Positions 18,947 to 29,321 of a DNA stretch of 64,000 nt are shown here, one piece after another. Under the pieces are notes generated by a model that made no database searches, was not told the origin of the DNA, and worked only from the letters and a program-made list of their open reading frames with translations. The position numbers were made by a program, and so were the translations under genes. Each line of letters starts with the position of its first letter. Within the stretch, counting starts at the first letter, position 1. Origin of the DNA: Pirellulales bacterium (GTDB taxonomy: Bacteria > Planctomycetota > Planctomycetia > Pirellulales > JAICIG01); the NCBI GenBank assembly GCA_040901675.1, contig JBBDYJ010000011.1:32001-96000 (forward strand), given 5' to 3'.

Positions 18947-19894
18947 ATGAACCGCTATCAATCGTTGAAAGTACTGGCCCAGGTCGAGCCGGCCTGGGTC
19001 ATCGACGACCGTCCCACCGCCTTTACCGAAGGCCCCGCGGCCGATGCGGCCGGCAACGTCTACTTTACGGACATCCATAATAATCGCATTCTCAAGTGGT
19101 CTCGCGGCGGTCGTTGCAGCACGTTCCGCGAGCCGAGCGGCCGCACCAACGGCCAGACCTTCGATCACCAGGGCCGTCTGCTCCACTGCGAAGGGGCCGA
19201 GTTCGGTCCCGGCGGCGCCCGCCGTATCACGCGCACCGATCTGGCCTCCGGCGAGTACCTCGTGCTCACCGACCGATACGAGGAGGCCCGCTACAACTCG
19301 CCCAACGACATCTGCGTCGACGGCCGCGGCCGCATCTACTTTACCGACCCGCGCTACGGCGACCGCTTGGACATGGAAATGACCGTCGAGGGCGTCTACC
19401 GCATCGACCTCGACGGCCGCGTCACGCGGATCCTCACGCAGACCGAGATCGACCGGCCCAACGGGGTCGCCGTGACCCAGGATTCGCGGCTGCTCTATGT
19501 CGTCGACAGTTGCCCCGAGCGAGGCCGCAACCGCAAGCTGTGGGTCTTCGACCTCGACGATGCCGGCCACCCGCACAACCAGCGGCTGATCCACGACTTC
19601 GCCCCGGGCCGCGGCGGCGACGGCATGCGGCTCGACGTCGAGGGCAAGCTCTACGTGGCTGCCGGGGTCCACACGGCCCGGCACGACCGCGAGACGACCG
19701 ACGTGCCCACCGCAGTTTACGTTCTCTCGCCGGCGGCCGAATTGTTGGGTCGGATCCCCGTGCCCGACGATGTATTGACAAACGTGGCTTTCGGCGGCCC
19801 GGACGGCCGCACGTTGTATATCACTTCGGGCCGCACCCTGTTCACGACGCGCGTCAGCCAGCCCGGGCAAGTGGCGTACCCGGCCTGGCATTGA
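18947..19894 (+). CDS. SMP-30/gluconolactonase/LRE family protein
   Basis: FTEGP, NSPND, PNG, DGMRLD and TNVAFGG motifs. Confidence 0.9.
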   Translation: MNRYQSLKVLAQVEPAWVIDDRPTAFTEGPAADAAGNVYFTDIHNNRILKWSRGGRCSTFREPSGRTNGQTFDHQGRLLHCEGAEFGPGGARRITRTDLASGEYLVLTDRYEEARYNSPNDICVDGRGRIYFTDPRYGDRLDMEMTVEGVYRIDLDGRVTRILTQTEIDRPNGVAVTQDSRLLYVVDSCPERGRNRKLWVFDLDDAGHPHNQRLIHDFAPGRGGDGMRLDVEGKLYVAAGVHTARHDRETTDVPTAVYVLSPAAELLGRIPVPDDVLTNVAFGGPDGRTLYITSGRTLFTTRVSQPGQVAYPAWH

Positions 19895-19911
19895 TTGCGG
19901 CAGCGACCGGG

Positions 19912-19981
19912 TGGGTGGCTGGGGCAAAGCGATAAGCGTGCCCCAGTTGCAATGTGAGGAAGGTTATTTTTCGGCCGATCC
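19912..19981 (+). repeat. Partial MITE copy: family-A hairpin plus right terminal repeat
   Basis: 66/70 identical to 57151-57220 and followed by TTA; no left terminal repeat seen. Confidence 0.9.
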
Positions 19982-20009
19982 TTAACGCTCCTTCCTGGGA
20001 GTACACTAC

Positions 20010-22541
20010 ATGAGCAGGCTTTTTTTCTTTTTGCTAAGCGTGCCGGGGCTGGTTTTCGCGAACGCCTCGCCAGGCGCCGCCCAGGACGACCGCCCGGCGA
20101 GCGCGTCAAAAGCCGCCGATCGCGCGGCTCCGCTGGTGCGCCGGTTGCCGGGGCTCGACGACAGCGGGCAGATCCTGCTGCCCAACCAATGGTCGTTGCG
20201 CCCCGCCGGCAAGCAGATCAAGCTGGGCGACTTTCCCGTCCAGATCGTGCTGCACCCCAGCGAACCATGGGCGGCCATCGTGCACTGCGGCTACGGTGAG
20301 CATGAGATCATCGTGGTCGAGCTCAAGCGGCAGCGGGTAGTTTCCAGGACCACTTTGGAGCAGTCGTTTTACGGCCTCGCGTTCGACCCCCAGGGGAAGC
20401 GGCTGTTCGCCAGCGGCGCCGAGCACGAAGTGGTGCACCAGTTCGACTTCGCCGGCGGCTATCTCTCCGAACACCGGGAGCTGCCGGTGGGGCGGCCCGA
20501 CGAAACGTTCGTGCCGACCGGAATCACCTGCACTGCCGACGGCCGGACGCTCTATGTGGCCAACGCATGGGGACATACGCTCTGCCTCTTGCCCATCGAC
20601 GACCCGTCAAAACGGAGGCACATCTCGATGGGGGGCGACAGCTATCCTTATGCTTCGCTGGCCACGCCGGACCGCAAGCGGTTGTACGTGAGCCTGTGGG
20701 GGCAGGCGGCCGTGGCCTTGTTGAACCTGGAAACGCTGGAAGTCGACGCCCGCTGGCCGACCGAGTCCCATCCGACGGAGCTGGCCCTCTCGCCCGACGG
20801 GCGGCGGTTGTTCGTGGCTTGCGCCAACTCGAACACGGTCACCGTGCTCGACACGGCCAACGGCGAGCCGATGGAGGTCATCGCCAGCGCGCTCCACCCG
20901 CAGGCGCCCAGCGGCAGCACGCCCAACAGCCTGGCGCTGGGCGCCAACGGCAACGTGCTGTTGATCGCCAATGCCGACAACAACAACCTCGCCATGTTCA
21001 ACGTCAGCCAGCCGGGCCGCAGCCAGTCGATGGGCTTTATTCCCGTCGGCTGGTATCCGACGTCGGTCCGCTATGGCCCGGACAACCGCATCTACGTGGC
21101 CAACGGCAAGGGGCTGATGTCGCTGCCCAACCCCCGCGGTCCGCAGCCCTTGAACGATCCGCCGCAAACGATCCAGCAATACATCGGCGGCCTGTTCCGC
21201 GGAACCTTGAGCATCATCGAGGCCCCTTCGCCGGCCGACATGGCCCGCTATACCGAGCAGGCGTATCGCGCCAGCCCGCTCAAGGCCGATGCGTCGCCGG
21301 TGGCTGCTCCGGCCGAAGAGAACAACCCGATTCCCAGCCGGCTGGGCGACCCCAGCCCGATCAAGTATTGCTTGTACATCGTCAAGGAGAACCGCACCTA
21401 CGACCAGGTGTTCGGCGACGTGCCGGAGGGAAACGGCGACGCGGAGCTGTGCATCTTTCCCGAGCGCGTCACGCCCAACCACCATGCCCTGGCCCGCCAG
21501 TTCGTGCTGCTGGACAACTTTTATGTCGAGAGCGAGGTGAGTGCCGACGGCCACGAGTGGACCATGGGCGCCTACGCCAGCGACTTTGTCGAAAAGACCT
21601 GGCCGCTGGTCTACCGGGGCGGCAAGGACAAGCTGAAGTATCCCAGCGAGGGGGCGACGTTCATGGCCACGCCGGCCGGCGGCTACATCTGGGACCGCTG
21701 CCTGGAAGCGGGCGTCAGCTACCGCAGCTACGGCGAGTTCATCGACAACGGACCGACTCCCGACGATCCGGGCAGGGCGGCGGTCAAGGCGCTCGAAGGG
21801 CACTTCGACCCGCTGTTCCGCAGCTACGACTTGGACTATCTCGACATCAAGCGCACCGAGCGGTTCATCGAGGAGTTGAAGGGTTTTGAGCGCGCCGGCG
21901 AGATGCCCCAGTTCATTGTGCTGCGGCTGCCCAACGATCACACCTACGGCCTGTCGGCGGGCAAGCGCACGCCGACCGCCATGGTGGCCGACAACGACCT
22001 GGCCCTCGGCCGGCTGGTCGAGGCGGTCACCCAGAGCAAGTTCTGGCCTCAGACGGCGATCTTCGTGGTCGAGGACGACGCCCAGAACGGCTCGGACCAC
22101 GTCGACGCCCACCGCACCGTGGCCCTGGTGATCAGCCCCTACACCAGGCGGAACTACGTCGACTCGACCATGTATTCCACGGCCAGCATGCTGCGGACCA
22201 TGGAGCTGATCCTGGGGCTGAAGCCGATGAGCCAGTTCGACGCGGCGGCCCGGCCCATGTACGCCTCGTTCCAGGCCGAGCCCGACACCAGCGGCTACCG
22301 CCACTTGCCCTCCAACGTCGATCTGGAAGAGCGCAATCCCGAGCAAGGCTGGGGCGCCGAGCAATCGGCCCGGCTCGACTTCAGCCGCGAGGACGCCGCC
22401 GACGATCTCATATTGAACGCGCTGGTCTGGAAGAGCGTCCGCGGCCCTGATTCCCGCATGCCTCCCCCCGTGCGTGCCAGCTTCGTCTTCGTCCACGGAG
22501 AGGAAGAGGAAGAAGAGGAACGCGAACGACTTGATGAATAA
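20010..22541 (+). CDS. YVTN/YncE beta-propeller fused to an alkaline-phosphatase-like phosphoesterase
   Basis: Signal peptide, YVAN/FVAC blades, KENRTYDQ, SADGH, EDDAQNG.DHVD.HR and an acidic tail. Confidence 0.9.
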   Translation: MSRLFFFLLSVPGLVFANASPGAAQDDRPASASKAADRAAPLVRRLPGLDDSGQILLPNQWSLRPAGKQIKLGDFPVQIVLHPSEPWAAIVHCGYGEHEIIVVELKRQRVVSRTTLEQSFYGLAFDPQGKRLFASGAEHEVVHQFDFAGGYLSEHRELPVGRPDETFVPTGITCTADGRTLYVANAWGHTLCLLPIDDPSKRRHISMGGDSYPYASLATPDRKRLYVSLWGQAAVALLNLETLEVDARWPTESHPTELALSPDGRRLFVACANSNTVTVLDTANGEPMEVIASALHPQAPSGSTPNSLALGANGNVLLIANADNNNLAMFNVSQPGRSQSMGFIPVGWYPTSVRYGPDNRIYVANGKGLMSLPNPRGPQPLNDPPQTIQQYIGGLFRGTLSIIEAPSPADMARYTEQAYRASPLKADASPVAAPAEENNPIPSRLGDPSPIKYCLYIVKENRTYDQVFGDVPEGNGDAELCIFPERVTPNHHALARQFVLLDNFYVESEVSADGHEWTMGAYASDFVEKTWPLVYRGGKDKLKYPSEGATFMATPAGGYIWDRCLEAGVSYRSYGEFIDNGPTPDDPGRAAVKALEGHFDPLFRSYDLDYLDIKRTERFIEELKGFERAGEMPQFIVLRLPNDHTYGLSAGKRTPTAMVADNDLALGRLVEAVTQSKFWPQTAIFVVEDDAQNGSDHVDAHRTVALVISPYTRRNYVDSTMYSTASMLRTMELILGLKPMSQFDAAARPMYASFQAEPDTSGYRHLPSNVDLEERNPEQGWGAEQSARLDFSREDAADDLILNALVWKSVRGPDSRMPPPVRASFVFVHGEEEEEEERERLDE

Positions 22542-22590
22542 GGTGGCCTTGAGATGTTTCCAGACTTGTAACGTGGGCTACAATAGCGAT

Positions 22591-22860
22591 ATGGCACCAA
22601 AACTGTCTGACGAACAACGACAGGCGCTTGCCCGGCGGCCCGACGCGCCACTTGAGGTGGAGGATCCGGAAACGCATGGCAAATATGCCCTAGTCCGGAT
22701 GGACGTCTACGAGCAAATGCAAAAGGTCCCTTCCTACGGAGACACGTCGCCGGATCCGCGTGAGTTCTATCCAGCCTTCCTGGACGCGGTGAAGAACGAC
22801 CTCGATGCCCCGGGGATGGAAGAGTACGATAACTATAAGCCTCCCCAAGCGGAAACATGA
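22591..22860 (+). CDS. Small hypothetical protein (planctomycete antitoxin-like type)
   Basis: MAPKLSDEQRQAL...DPET...Y.LVR..VYE...PGMEEYD; TACAAT at 22579 is a possible -10. Confidence 0.65.
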   Translation: MAPKLSDEQRQALARRPDAPLEVEDPETHGKYALVRMDVYEQMQKVPSYGDTSPDPREFYPAFLDAVKNDLDAPGMEEYDNYKPPQAET

Positions 22861-23405
22861 GCGTCCACCGCAAGGCACCCCAACTGCCTGAGGCACCACC
22901 ACACGCGCTGGCGCACCCCAAGTATCGCGGCTACTATATGGTCGCGTTTGGCGCCACAATTTGCTTAACGGTGCTTGTATATGCTGTCCTTGTTCTTAAT
23001 CGTGCTCATGGTCAACAGCAAGCGGTAGGCGCTATCCGTGGCTTGGGAGGCGACGTATCTTATGAGATCGAGGTCGAGGACGATTCCGGCCGAATTGCGC
23101 CGCCCGTCTCCCAGAGGAGTCGGCTTTCCTTGGTCTTTGGAGGGACGTTTTTTGAATCGGTTGTCATCGTCGATTTTTCGGGCACCGACATCACCGATTC
23201 GGACCTGCGGCATCTCCGGCACCTTCCCGACGCGCGACTGGTGATTCTGGCAGGGACGAGAATCTCTGACGAGGGATTGAAAGACGTGAAACAGCTTGAG
23301 CAACTCATCGAAGTGCATCTTGATGGCACCCATGTAACGGCAACTGGAATCGATGAACTGCGTCGAGCAAGGCCGGATTTGACGGTCATGTGGAAGGGCA
23401 ACTAA
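22857..23405 (+). CDS. Membrane-anchored leucine-rich-repeat protein
   Basis: TM segment, QQQAV.AI..LGG.V.Y and three GT.I(T/S)D.(D/G)L-type repeats; locally lower GC. Confidence 0.75.
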   Translation: MSVHRKAPQLPEAPPHALAHPKYRGYYMVAFGATICLTVLVYAVLVLNRAHGQQQAVGAIRGLGGDVSYEIEVEDDSGRIAPPVSQRSRLSLVFGGTFFESVVIVDFSGTDITDSDLRHLRHLPDARLVILAGTRISDEGLKDVKQLEQLIEVHLDGTHVTATGIDELRRARPDLTVMWKGN

Positions 23406-23416
23406 TGCTTACTGGC

Positions 23417-23473
23417 CGGAACTCTGGCGAGTTCCGCTACGGGCAGGCGTTCTACGGGAGGACGAGTTGCTAC
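23417..23473 (-). repeat. GTAG-type REP (family D) plus degenerate GTAG fragments
   Basis: 23417-23440 reads GTAGCGGAACTCGCCAGAGTTCCG on the minus strand, matching 54325 (GTAGCAGAACTCGCCAGAGT). Confidence 0.75.
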
Positions 23474-24795
23474 GGATCGATCACGATCAGCGGTGGGCCT
23501 TCGAGCGAACGCGTGTGCACGAGCATCAATTGGCCGAACTCGCGGTTCACTACGTTGAGCGCCTCTTGCGTCGCCGCCCCGTGCCGCAAGGCAAGCCGCA
23601 CTAAGTCCGCATCAGGGTTCAATCCGAGCTTGCGCATCTGATCCAGCGCTTCGGCAACCGTGGGGTCGGCGGCCAACTGATCCACCGTCTCGGCCTTCAC
23701 ACCGTTAGGGTCGACCGACGCGGTGTGCCGCCAGACCGCCTTCCACGCGCCATCCGGCATCCGAGCCAGAAAAGTGCCCACCACCGTCACCTGCCTGCCG
23801 CGGACCTGTTCGAGCTCGGTGATCCGCAGGCCGCGCGCGCCTTCGGCCTCGGCCTCGCGGATGGCCTGGCTGAATGCTTTCTCGCTCCGTGCCGGGTTGC
23901 CGGCTCCCGCTTGAGGCTGCGGATTGAGCAACTCGGCCAGTTGCCCCTCCAGTTGCTCCGCCAAGAGACCGCCGAGCAACTGGCCCAGCCCTGGCCGCCC
24001 CTGGCCGCTGTCTTCCCGCACCAGAACGCCCCCGGTGCCCTGGAAGTGCGGTTTGCCCAGGATCTGGTATTCGACCAGCCCGACCTTGGCGGCCCACTGG
24101 CGGTCGTCCAAAAGCGTGGTGCCAAGGTGGTCCGACAAGTCCGGCTGTGCGCCATCCACGTCGACTCCCATGGCCGTCAGTTTGCGCACTACGGCGGCTG
24201 CCGCCATCGGCTCCGGATCGGCCAGGTTGCTGAGCCAGGCGAGCGCCAGCAGGCGGCGCGTGTCAGGCGGTTGAATGTGGTGGCGAAAGACATCGCCGGC
24301 GGGAACCTCGATCACCAGGATCGGCGCAGGCGGCGGCGGCTGGCGCTGGACTTCGGCCAAACGCTCACGGACGTCCTCAAGCGCCTGGTCCAGGTAGCCT
24401 TGCAGCCGCTCGTCGGTGCTGCGCTGGCGCCACTCGATCGTCCGCCGCTCGAGCTGTTCCAGTGCTCGCCTGGGCCGCTCCTCTTCGCCCGCCACGGCCG
24501 TGCGGTAAAGCTCAGGCTCGTGCCGGCGGAGCCACTCGCGGCGGACCAACAGCGTCCAGCGCCCACTGGAGGCTGGACCCGCCAGCATGCCCAACAGCCG
24601 CTGGCCGCCGCGGAGCGTTAACACGTCGACCACGCGCTGGCCGGCCGGGTACGATCGCTTGGCACGGGCCGGCGCCTGGGCCGCGGAGGGAAGTGCCGCC
24701 AGAACCACGGCCGCCGCCAAGAGTCCACCCGCCAGCGCCGACCGCCGCCAAGCCGCGGCTGAACGGACGAGGCGGAGTCGATCGGGCGGGCGCAT
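23470..24795 (-). CDS. Secreted hypothetical protein
   Basis: Hydrophobic leader ending AQA; typical codon usage. Confidence 0.65.
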   Translation of the reverse strand: MRPPDRLRLVRSAAAWRRSALAGGLLAAAVVLAALPSAAQAPARAKRSYPAGQRVVDVLTLRGGQRLLGMLAGPASSGRWTLLVRREWLRRHEPELYRTAVAGEEERPRRALEQLERRTIEWRQRSTDERLQGYLDQALEDVRERLAEVQRQPPPPAPILVIEVPAGDVFRHHIQPPDTRRLLALAWLSNLADPEPMAAAAVVRKLTAMGVDVDGAQPDLSDHLGTTLLDDRQWAAKVGLVEYQILGKPHFQGTGGVLVREDSGQGRPGLGQLLGGLLAEQLEGQLAELLNPQPQAGAGNPARSEKAFSQAIREAEAEGARGLRITELEQVRGRQVTVVGTFLARMPDGAWKAVWRHTASVDPNGVKAETVDQLAADPTVAEALDQMRKLGLNPDADLVRLALRHGAATQEALNVVNREFGQLMLVHTRSLEGPPLIVIDP

Positions 24796-24800
24796 GGCAG

Positions 24801-25319
24801 CTACTCTTCGATTCCGGGATCCTGGGGCTCTTCGAGCTGGGGGTCGTCGGGCTCCCCTTCGGGAAACGGATCATCCTCCGGCGGCGCCACATCGGCTGCA
24901 TCGTCGTCCTGCGCTCCGCTGCCTCCGGCCAGGGTTTTGCCAAGAGCACGCGAGACCGCGCTTCCCAGGCCCCGCAATGTTTGGCCGCCTGGTTCGACCG
25001 TCTCTCCGTCCGAGCCGGTGGAGGCGTCGTCCGGGGCCACTTGGCTGGGCGCACTACCTGCAGGCTCCTCGCTACGCGAACGATCCGCCGCGGCCCCGCG
25101 GCCGGCTTCTCCCAATGCCGGACCACGTTGCTGCTGCACGGGGGCCGGCGCGCCGGCCTGCTCGGCGTTGTCCGGGGCTTGCCTGGAATCCTCGGCCGGT
25201 GGGTTTGCGTTGCCTGGTCCAGGGGGTTGTAAATCGCGAGGGGCTGCCGGCTTGCCGCTGTCGCAACCCAGTGCCATGCTCAGCATCAGCGGTGCCACCC
25301 AACGGGTAACTTTGATCAT
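24801..25319 (-). CDS. Low-complexity putative lipoprotein
   Basis: MIKVTRWVAPLMLSMALGC lipobox-like leader, Pro/Asp/Glu-rich body; AGGAG ribosome-binding site. Confidence 0.65.
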   Translation of the reverse strand: MIKVTRWVAPLMLSMALGCDSGKPAAPRDLQPPGPGNANPPAEDSRQAPDNAEQAGAPAPVQQQRGPALGEAGRGAAADRSRSEEPAGSAPSQVAPDDASTGSDGETVEPGGQTLRGLGSAVSRALGKTLAGGSGAQDDDAADVAPPEDDPFPEGEPDDPQLEEPQDPGIEE

Positions 25320-25444
25320 CGTTTCACTCCTTTGTCCCAGATGGTTGTAAAGCTGGTTTGGTGGAGGCGCGGCGTTTTTTTGGCCCGCATCCGTACACCA
25401 ATCCACCGCGCAGGGTACTCGCTGGCGGCCGAAAAGTAAAACGC

Positions 25445-26530
25445 TCATCCGCGAAATTCGCGCATGAAGTCGCGCAAGGCCTCGACCCCCTCGATCGGCA
25501 TGGCGTTGTAGATCGAGGCGCGAATACCCCCCACCGAGCGGTGTCCCTTCAGCTCGCAAAGGCCGCGGGACCGGGCCTCCCGCAAGAACGCGGCCTGCGC
25601 CTCGTCGCCTGGCAGGCGGAAGGTGACGTTCATCATCGAGCGGCTGTCCGCATCGGCGTGGCCGCGATAGAACCCGCCGCTCTGGTCGATCGCCTCGTAC
25701 AGCATGCCGGCCTTGCGGCGATTGAGCTGGGCCATCTTTTCCAGGCCGCCGACGTCGCCCAGCAGCCAGCGGGTCACCAGCATCACCAGGTACACGGCGA
25801 ACACGGGCGGCGTGTTCAACAACGACTTCTCCTTGGCGTGCAAGCGGTAGTCGAGCACCGTCGGCAGCCCCGCGGGGGCCCGTTCCATAAGGTCGTTGCG
25901 AATGACGACGATGGTCACGCCGGCCGGCCCGGCGTTTTTCTGCGCACAGGCGTAGATCAGCCCATAGCGGTCGATGGGCAGCGGGCGGCAGAGGAAATCG
26001 CTGGAAGCGTCGCAGACCAGCGGCACGTCGCCCGCTTCGGGCTCGGCGGCGAACTGGACGCCCTGGATGGTTTCGTTCGAGGTGAAGTGCAGGTAGGCCG
26101 CCCGCGGATCGGCATCGATCTGGCCCGCCCTGGGCAGCCGGGTGAAGTTGGTCGGCTTGCCGTCGAAGGCCGCGCGGACGTTGCCTTCGCGTGCCGCCTC
26201 TTCCATGGCCATCTTGCCCCACGATCCGGTCACGATGTAGTCGGCAGTTTTTCCGCTGGCCCGCAACAGGTTCATCGGCACCATCGAGAACTGCAGCCTG
26301 GCGCCGCCCTGCAAGAACAGGACCTGGTAGTCCGGCCCGATTGCCAGCAATTGCCGCAAGTTCTTCTGGGTTTCGGCCAGCACTCCCTCGAACCAACTGG
26401 AGCGGTGACTGATCTCCAGGGCAGAGATGCCGATTCCGGGGAGCGACAACAGCTCATCCTGGGCTTGCTTCAGGACAGCAAGCGGCATGACCGCGGGACC
26501 GGGTGAGAAGTTATAGACACGAGGTTCCAT
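25445..26530 (-). CDS. serC: Phosphoserine aminotransferase
   Basis: YNFSPGPA, SHRS, FLQGGA, AQKN.GPAG, NTPP and GHRSVGGIRASIYNA motifs. Confidence 0.97.
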   Translation of the reverse strand: MEPRVYNFSPGPAVMPLAVLKQAQDELLSLPGIGISALEISHRSSWFEGVLAETQKNLRQLLAIGPDYQVLFLQGGARLQFSMVPMNLLRASGKTADYIVTGSWGKMAMEEAAREGNVRAAFDGKPTNFTRLPRAGQIDADPRAAYLHFTSNETIQGVQFAAEPEAGDVPLVCDASSDFLCRPLPIDRYGLIYACAQKNAGPAGVTIVVIRNDLMERAPAGLPTVLDYRLHAKEKSLLNTPPVFAVYLVMLVTRWLLGDVGGLEKMAQLNRRKAGMLYEAIDQSGGFYRGHADADSRSMMNVTFRLPGDEAQAAFLREARSRGLCELKGHRSVGGIRASIYNAMPIEGVEALRDFMREFRG

Positions 26531-26760
26531 GGTCCAGGCCGTCACTCCAGGATGTCTTGTAGAAACCGGCCGCCGCGCCGCTGCACCGTTGGGGCCCGAA
26601 CGGCCCGACTGGCACCGGGCAAACCGCCGCCGCGAATCCAGAATGATAAACGGCGGCCGCCGCCAAGACCAGGACAAGGGCTCCCACCGCCGCGTCAGCC
26701 CTTCCCGACGGGGCCCAATGCTTTGACCCAGCCGCTCAAAGCCAGGTTCGCGTTGATCGA

Positions 26761-28902
26761 TCAGATGGTTTCGAGAATCGCCAGGATGCCGGCATCGACG
26801 CCATCCGCCAGAATCTCGTCGCTGTCGCGCCAAGCCACGTCGTCCGCATCAACGTCCCGCGGCACCTGTCCCACGAGCTGGCTATCGACCGGGACCAGGC
26901 ACTCGGCTGCCGTGGCAACTGCCTGGCCCACGAGCGGCCCGTGGTCTCCCATCCGCCGCGAATCGTCGTCCGGCATCGACCAATCGTGGAAGGCAACCTG
27001 GGTCGCTCTGGCACTGGCGATGCCCGCCAGCGCGTTCGAGGCGGCATAGGCCGACAGATCGTGCAACTCCGGCGAGTCATACGCCGACGCGCCGGCGCTG
27101 GCGGCGTTGCCAGCCGGCGCACGATTGAAATACTCCTGCGAAGCCAGCACGCTTTGGGCAACGCCCGCCAGGCTTTGGCGTCCTTGGCCGACTGCCGTGG
27201 CCCAGTACGATCCCTCGGCCTGGCCGGCGGCCCGCCCCAGATAGTCCTGATAGTGTTGCCCTATCACGCGAAGCGTGCGCTCTGCCGAGTTCAAAACGCC
27301 ATCGACCACTTGGCCGCGAGACAGACCCGATCGCAACTGCGAAACCCAACCGGCCAGCCCCGCGGTGTCCGCAGCCCGCCCCAATAGGTCCTGGTAAACG
27401 CCGTTGACGAAGGCCGCGTCGTCGGCACGGGCGTTGAGATACTCCGGCGACTGCAGGAACACGCGTTGCACTTCGATCTCGTCCATGCCCGACTGCATGG
27501 CGGCCACCCAACGGTCCCGTTCTGCCCGGCCCGGTGTCCGCTGCAAGTACGCCTGGTAGTAACCGGTGACCTGCAAGGCCCGATGTTCGGCCGACATCCA
27601 CAGGGCCTGCACCACCCGGTCGCGTGGCATTCCGCCGGCCAGCGCGCCCGACCAGGCGGCCAGGCCGGCGGCGTCCGCGGGCCGGGCGAGCACGTGCTCG
27701 TACAGGCTCGAGACAAACGCATCCATGGAGCTGCGCGGCACGGCGGCGGGCAGGCTGTCGAGCGAGCGGATGGCCGCCAGCAGGTCGAGACGCTGGTAGC
27801 GCAGGCCGGTGTTGATCACGTTGTCGTTTTCGTCGTCACCATCGACGAGCGTGACGCCGCTGGCGCGCATGATCGTGAGGATCTGGTCCTGGTTGGCCGA
27901 GGCCCCCTGGCCGCGGGCGTCGAGGGCCTGGTGCACGAGCACGGCAGCGCCGGCCACCAGGGGCGCCGCCATCGACGTGCCCGCCAGCGTGGCCAGTCCG
28001 CCGCCTAGCCAGGTCGAGGTGACGAAGGCCCCCGGCGCCAGGATGTCGAGTTGGCTGCTGCGCTGCGTGAAGCTGGCGATGCGGTCGGGCGCCGTCGAGT
28101 GGTCCTTGGCGCCGCTGGCCCAGGCAACCGTGCCATATTCGCCGTCCCAGACGGCGCCGACCGAAACGGTCTGGCTGCTGATGGCCGGGTAGCCCAAGCC
28201 CTGTTGGCTGCCATACGAGTAAAAAGCGTTGCCCGAGGCGGCGGCAAGAAAGACTGCCTGCCCCCTGAGCGTGGTGAACTCATCTTCGAGAAAGGCCCAG
28301 GGGCTGGCCGTGAAGTTGCCGGCCCCCAGCGACATGTTGACGGCCACGATGTTGTACTGGGCCTGGTGGGCGGCTACCCACTGCAGAGCCAGTTCGACGT
28401 TCGCGAAGGTGCCCGAACCGTTTTCGTCGAGGATCCGCAGGGCGACGATGCCCGCCTGCGGCGCGATGCCGCGGTAGCTGCCGTGGCTGCTGGCGATGAT
28501 GCCCGCCACGTGCGTGCCATGCCCGTGCTCGTCCATGGGGTCGGCGTCGCGGTCGACGAAGTCCCAGCCGCCCAGGTAGCGGCCTGCCAAGGCGGGATGA
28601 TTGTAGTCGATGCCCGTGTCGAGAACGGCCACCGCGTAGCCGGCGCCGGTGTAGCCGTACTGTGCGTGCACTTCGAGTCCGCCGACGAGCGGCAGACTCT
28701 GGTTGGCCAGGGCGGCCAGAGTCGACTGCGCGTCGACGGCGTGCTGGGCGCCCAGCGAGAATGTCTGCTGCTGCCAGTCCTCGTACTGGCTGCTTGGGGC
28801 CACGGAGAGCAACAGCAGCTCTTCCAGTGGCTCCAGAGCGAGCGAGCGTCGCCGTGACGGCAAGGCACGCCTCCTATCTTGGGCCAATCGCCGGCGAGGC
28901 AT
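26761..28902 (-). CDS. S8 subtilase with planctomycete LEPLE leader and C-terminal DUF4214-like repeats
   Basis: VAVLDTG, HGTHVAG and GTSMAAP catalytic triad; three Y...L.R.AD.AG...W...S.E repeats. Confidence 0.92.
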   Translation of the reverse strand: MPRRRLAQDRRRALPSRRRSLALEPLEELLLLSVAPSSQYEDWQQQTFSLGAQHAVDAQSTLAALANQSLPLVGGLEVHAQYGYTGAGYAVAVLDTGIDYNHPALAGRYLGGWDFVDRDADPMDEHGHGTHVAGIIASSHGSYRGIAPQAGIVALRILDENGSGTFANVELALQWVAAHQAQYNIVAVNMSLGAGNFTASPWAFLEDEFTTLRGQAVFLAAASGNAFYSYGSQQGLGYPAISSQTVSVGAVWDGEYGTVAWASGAKDHSTAPDRIASFTQRSSQLDILAPGAFVTSTWLGGGLATLAGTSMAAPLVAGAAVLVHQALDARGQGASANQDQILTIMRASGVTLVDGDDENDNVINTGLRYQRLDLLAAIRSLDSLPAAVPRSSMDAFVSSLYEHVLARPADAAGLAAWSGALAGGMPRDRVVQALWMSAEHRALQVTGYYQAYLQRTPGRAERDRWVAAMQSGMDEIEVQRVFLQSPEYLNARADDAAFVNGVYQDLLGRAADTAGLAGWVSQLRSGLSRGQVVDGVLNSAERTLRVIGQHYQDYLGRAAGQAEGSYWATAVGQGRQSLAGVAQSVLASQEYFNRAPAGNAASAGASAYDSPELHDLSAYAASNALAGIASARATQVAFHDWSMPDDDSRRMGDHGPLVGQAVATAAECLVPVDSQLVGQVPRDVDADDVAWRDSDEILADGVDAGILAILETI

Positions 28903-29321
28903 GGCGCGGATCTCCCGTTGCCCGGACACTGCCGGAATGTTGTACAGGCGGAGTTGTCAGAAGAAAAGCGACTTGGAAATCCCTGCCGACCCCGCCCTGA
29001 ACGGGCCGGGTCAACCCCGAATGGGGTATCCGTAGAAACTGTAGTTTTTTTCCCGGCCGAGGCGAGAAAAAAGGCGCCGATGCCGATCCCCAATATGCTC
29101 AACGGCTTGCACCGCCGGTGCACGGCCATGGCACACCCCAACCAGGTCGGACCGGCCCCTCGAACCGGCCCCAGCCGCGCGGCCTACCTGCGCCTCGTTC
29201 GACGACCGTCCAGAGGGAATCTGGGCGGCCTTCTCATAGACCTCCTTGGACCTTCCTATCGTGGTCACGCCTTCGAAGCACGAATGTTGAAACGGCTTCC
29301 GCTCGGTTCGGTCGCCTCAGG

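Noticed and set aside
20607..22496. Long antisense and alternative-frame ORFs (e.g. 20607..22496, 58215..60503, 33818..35944, 13666..15207, 213..1031)
   Set aside because: They shadow well-supported genes, are expected in high-GC3 DNA, and show no family motifs.
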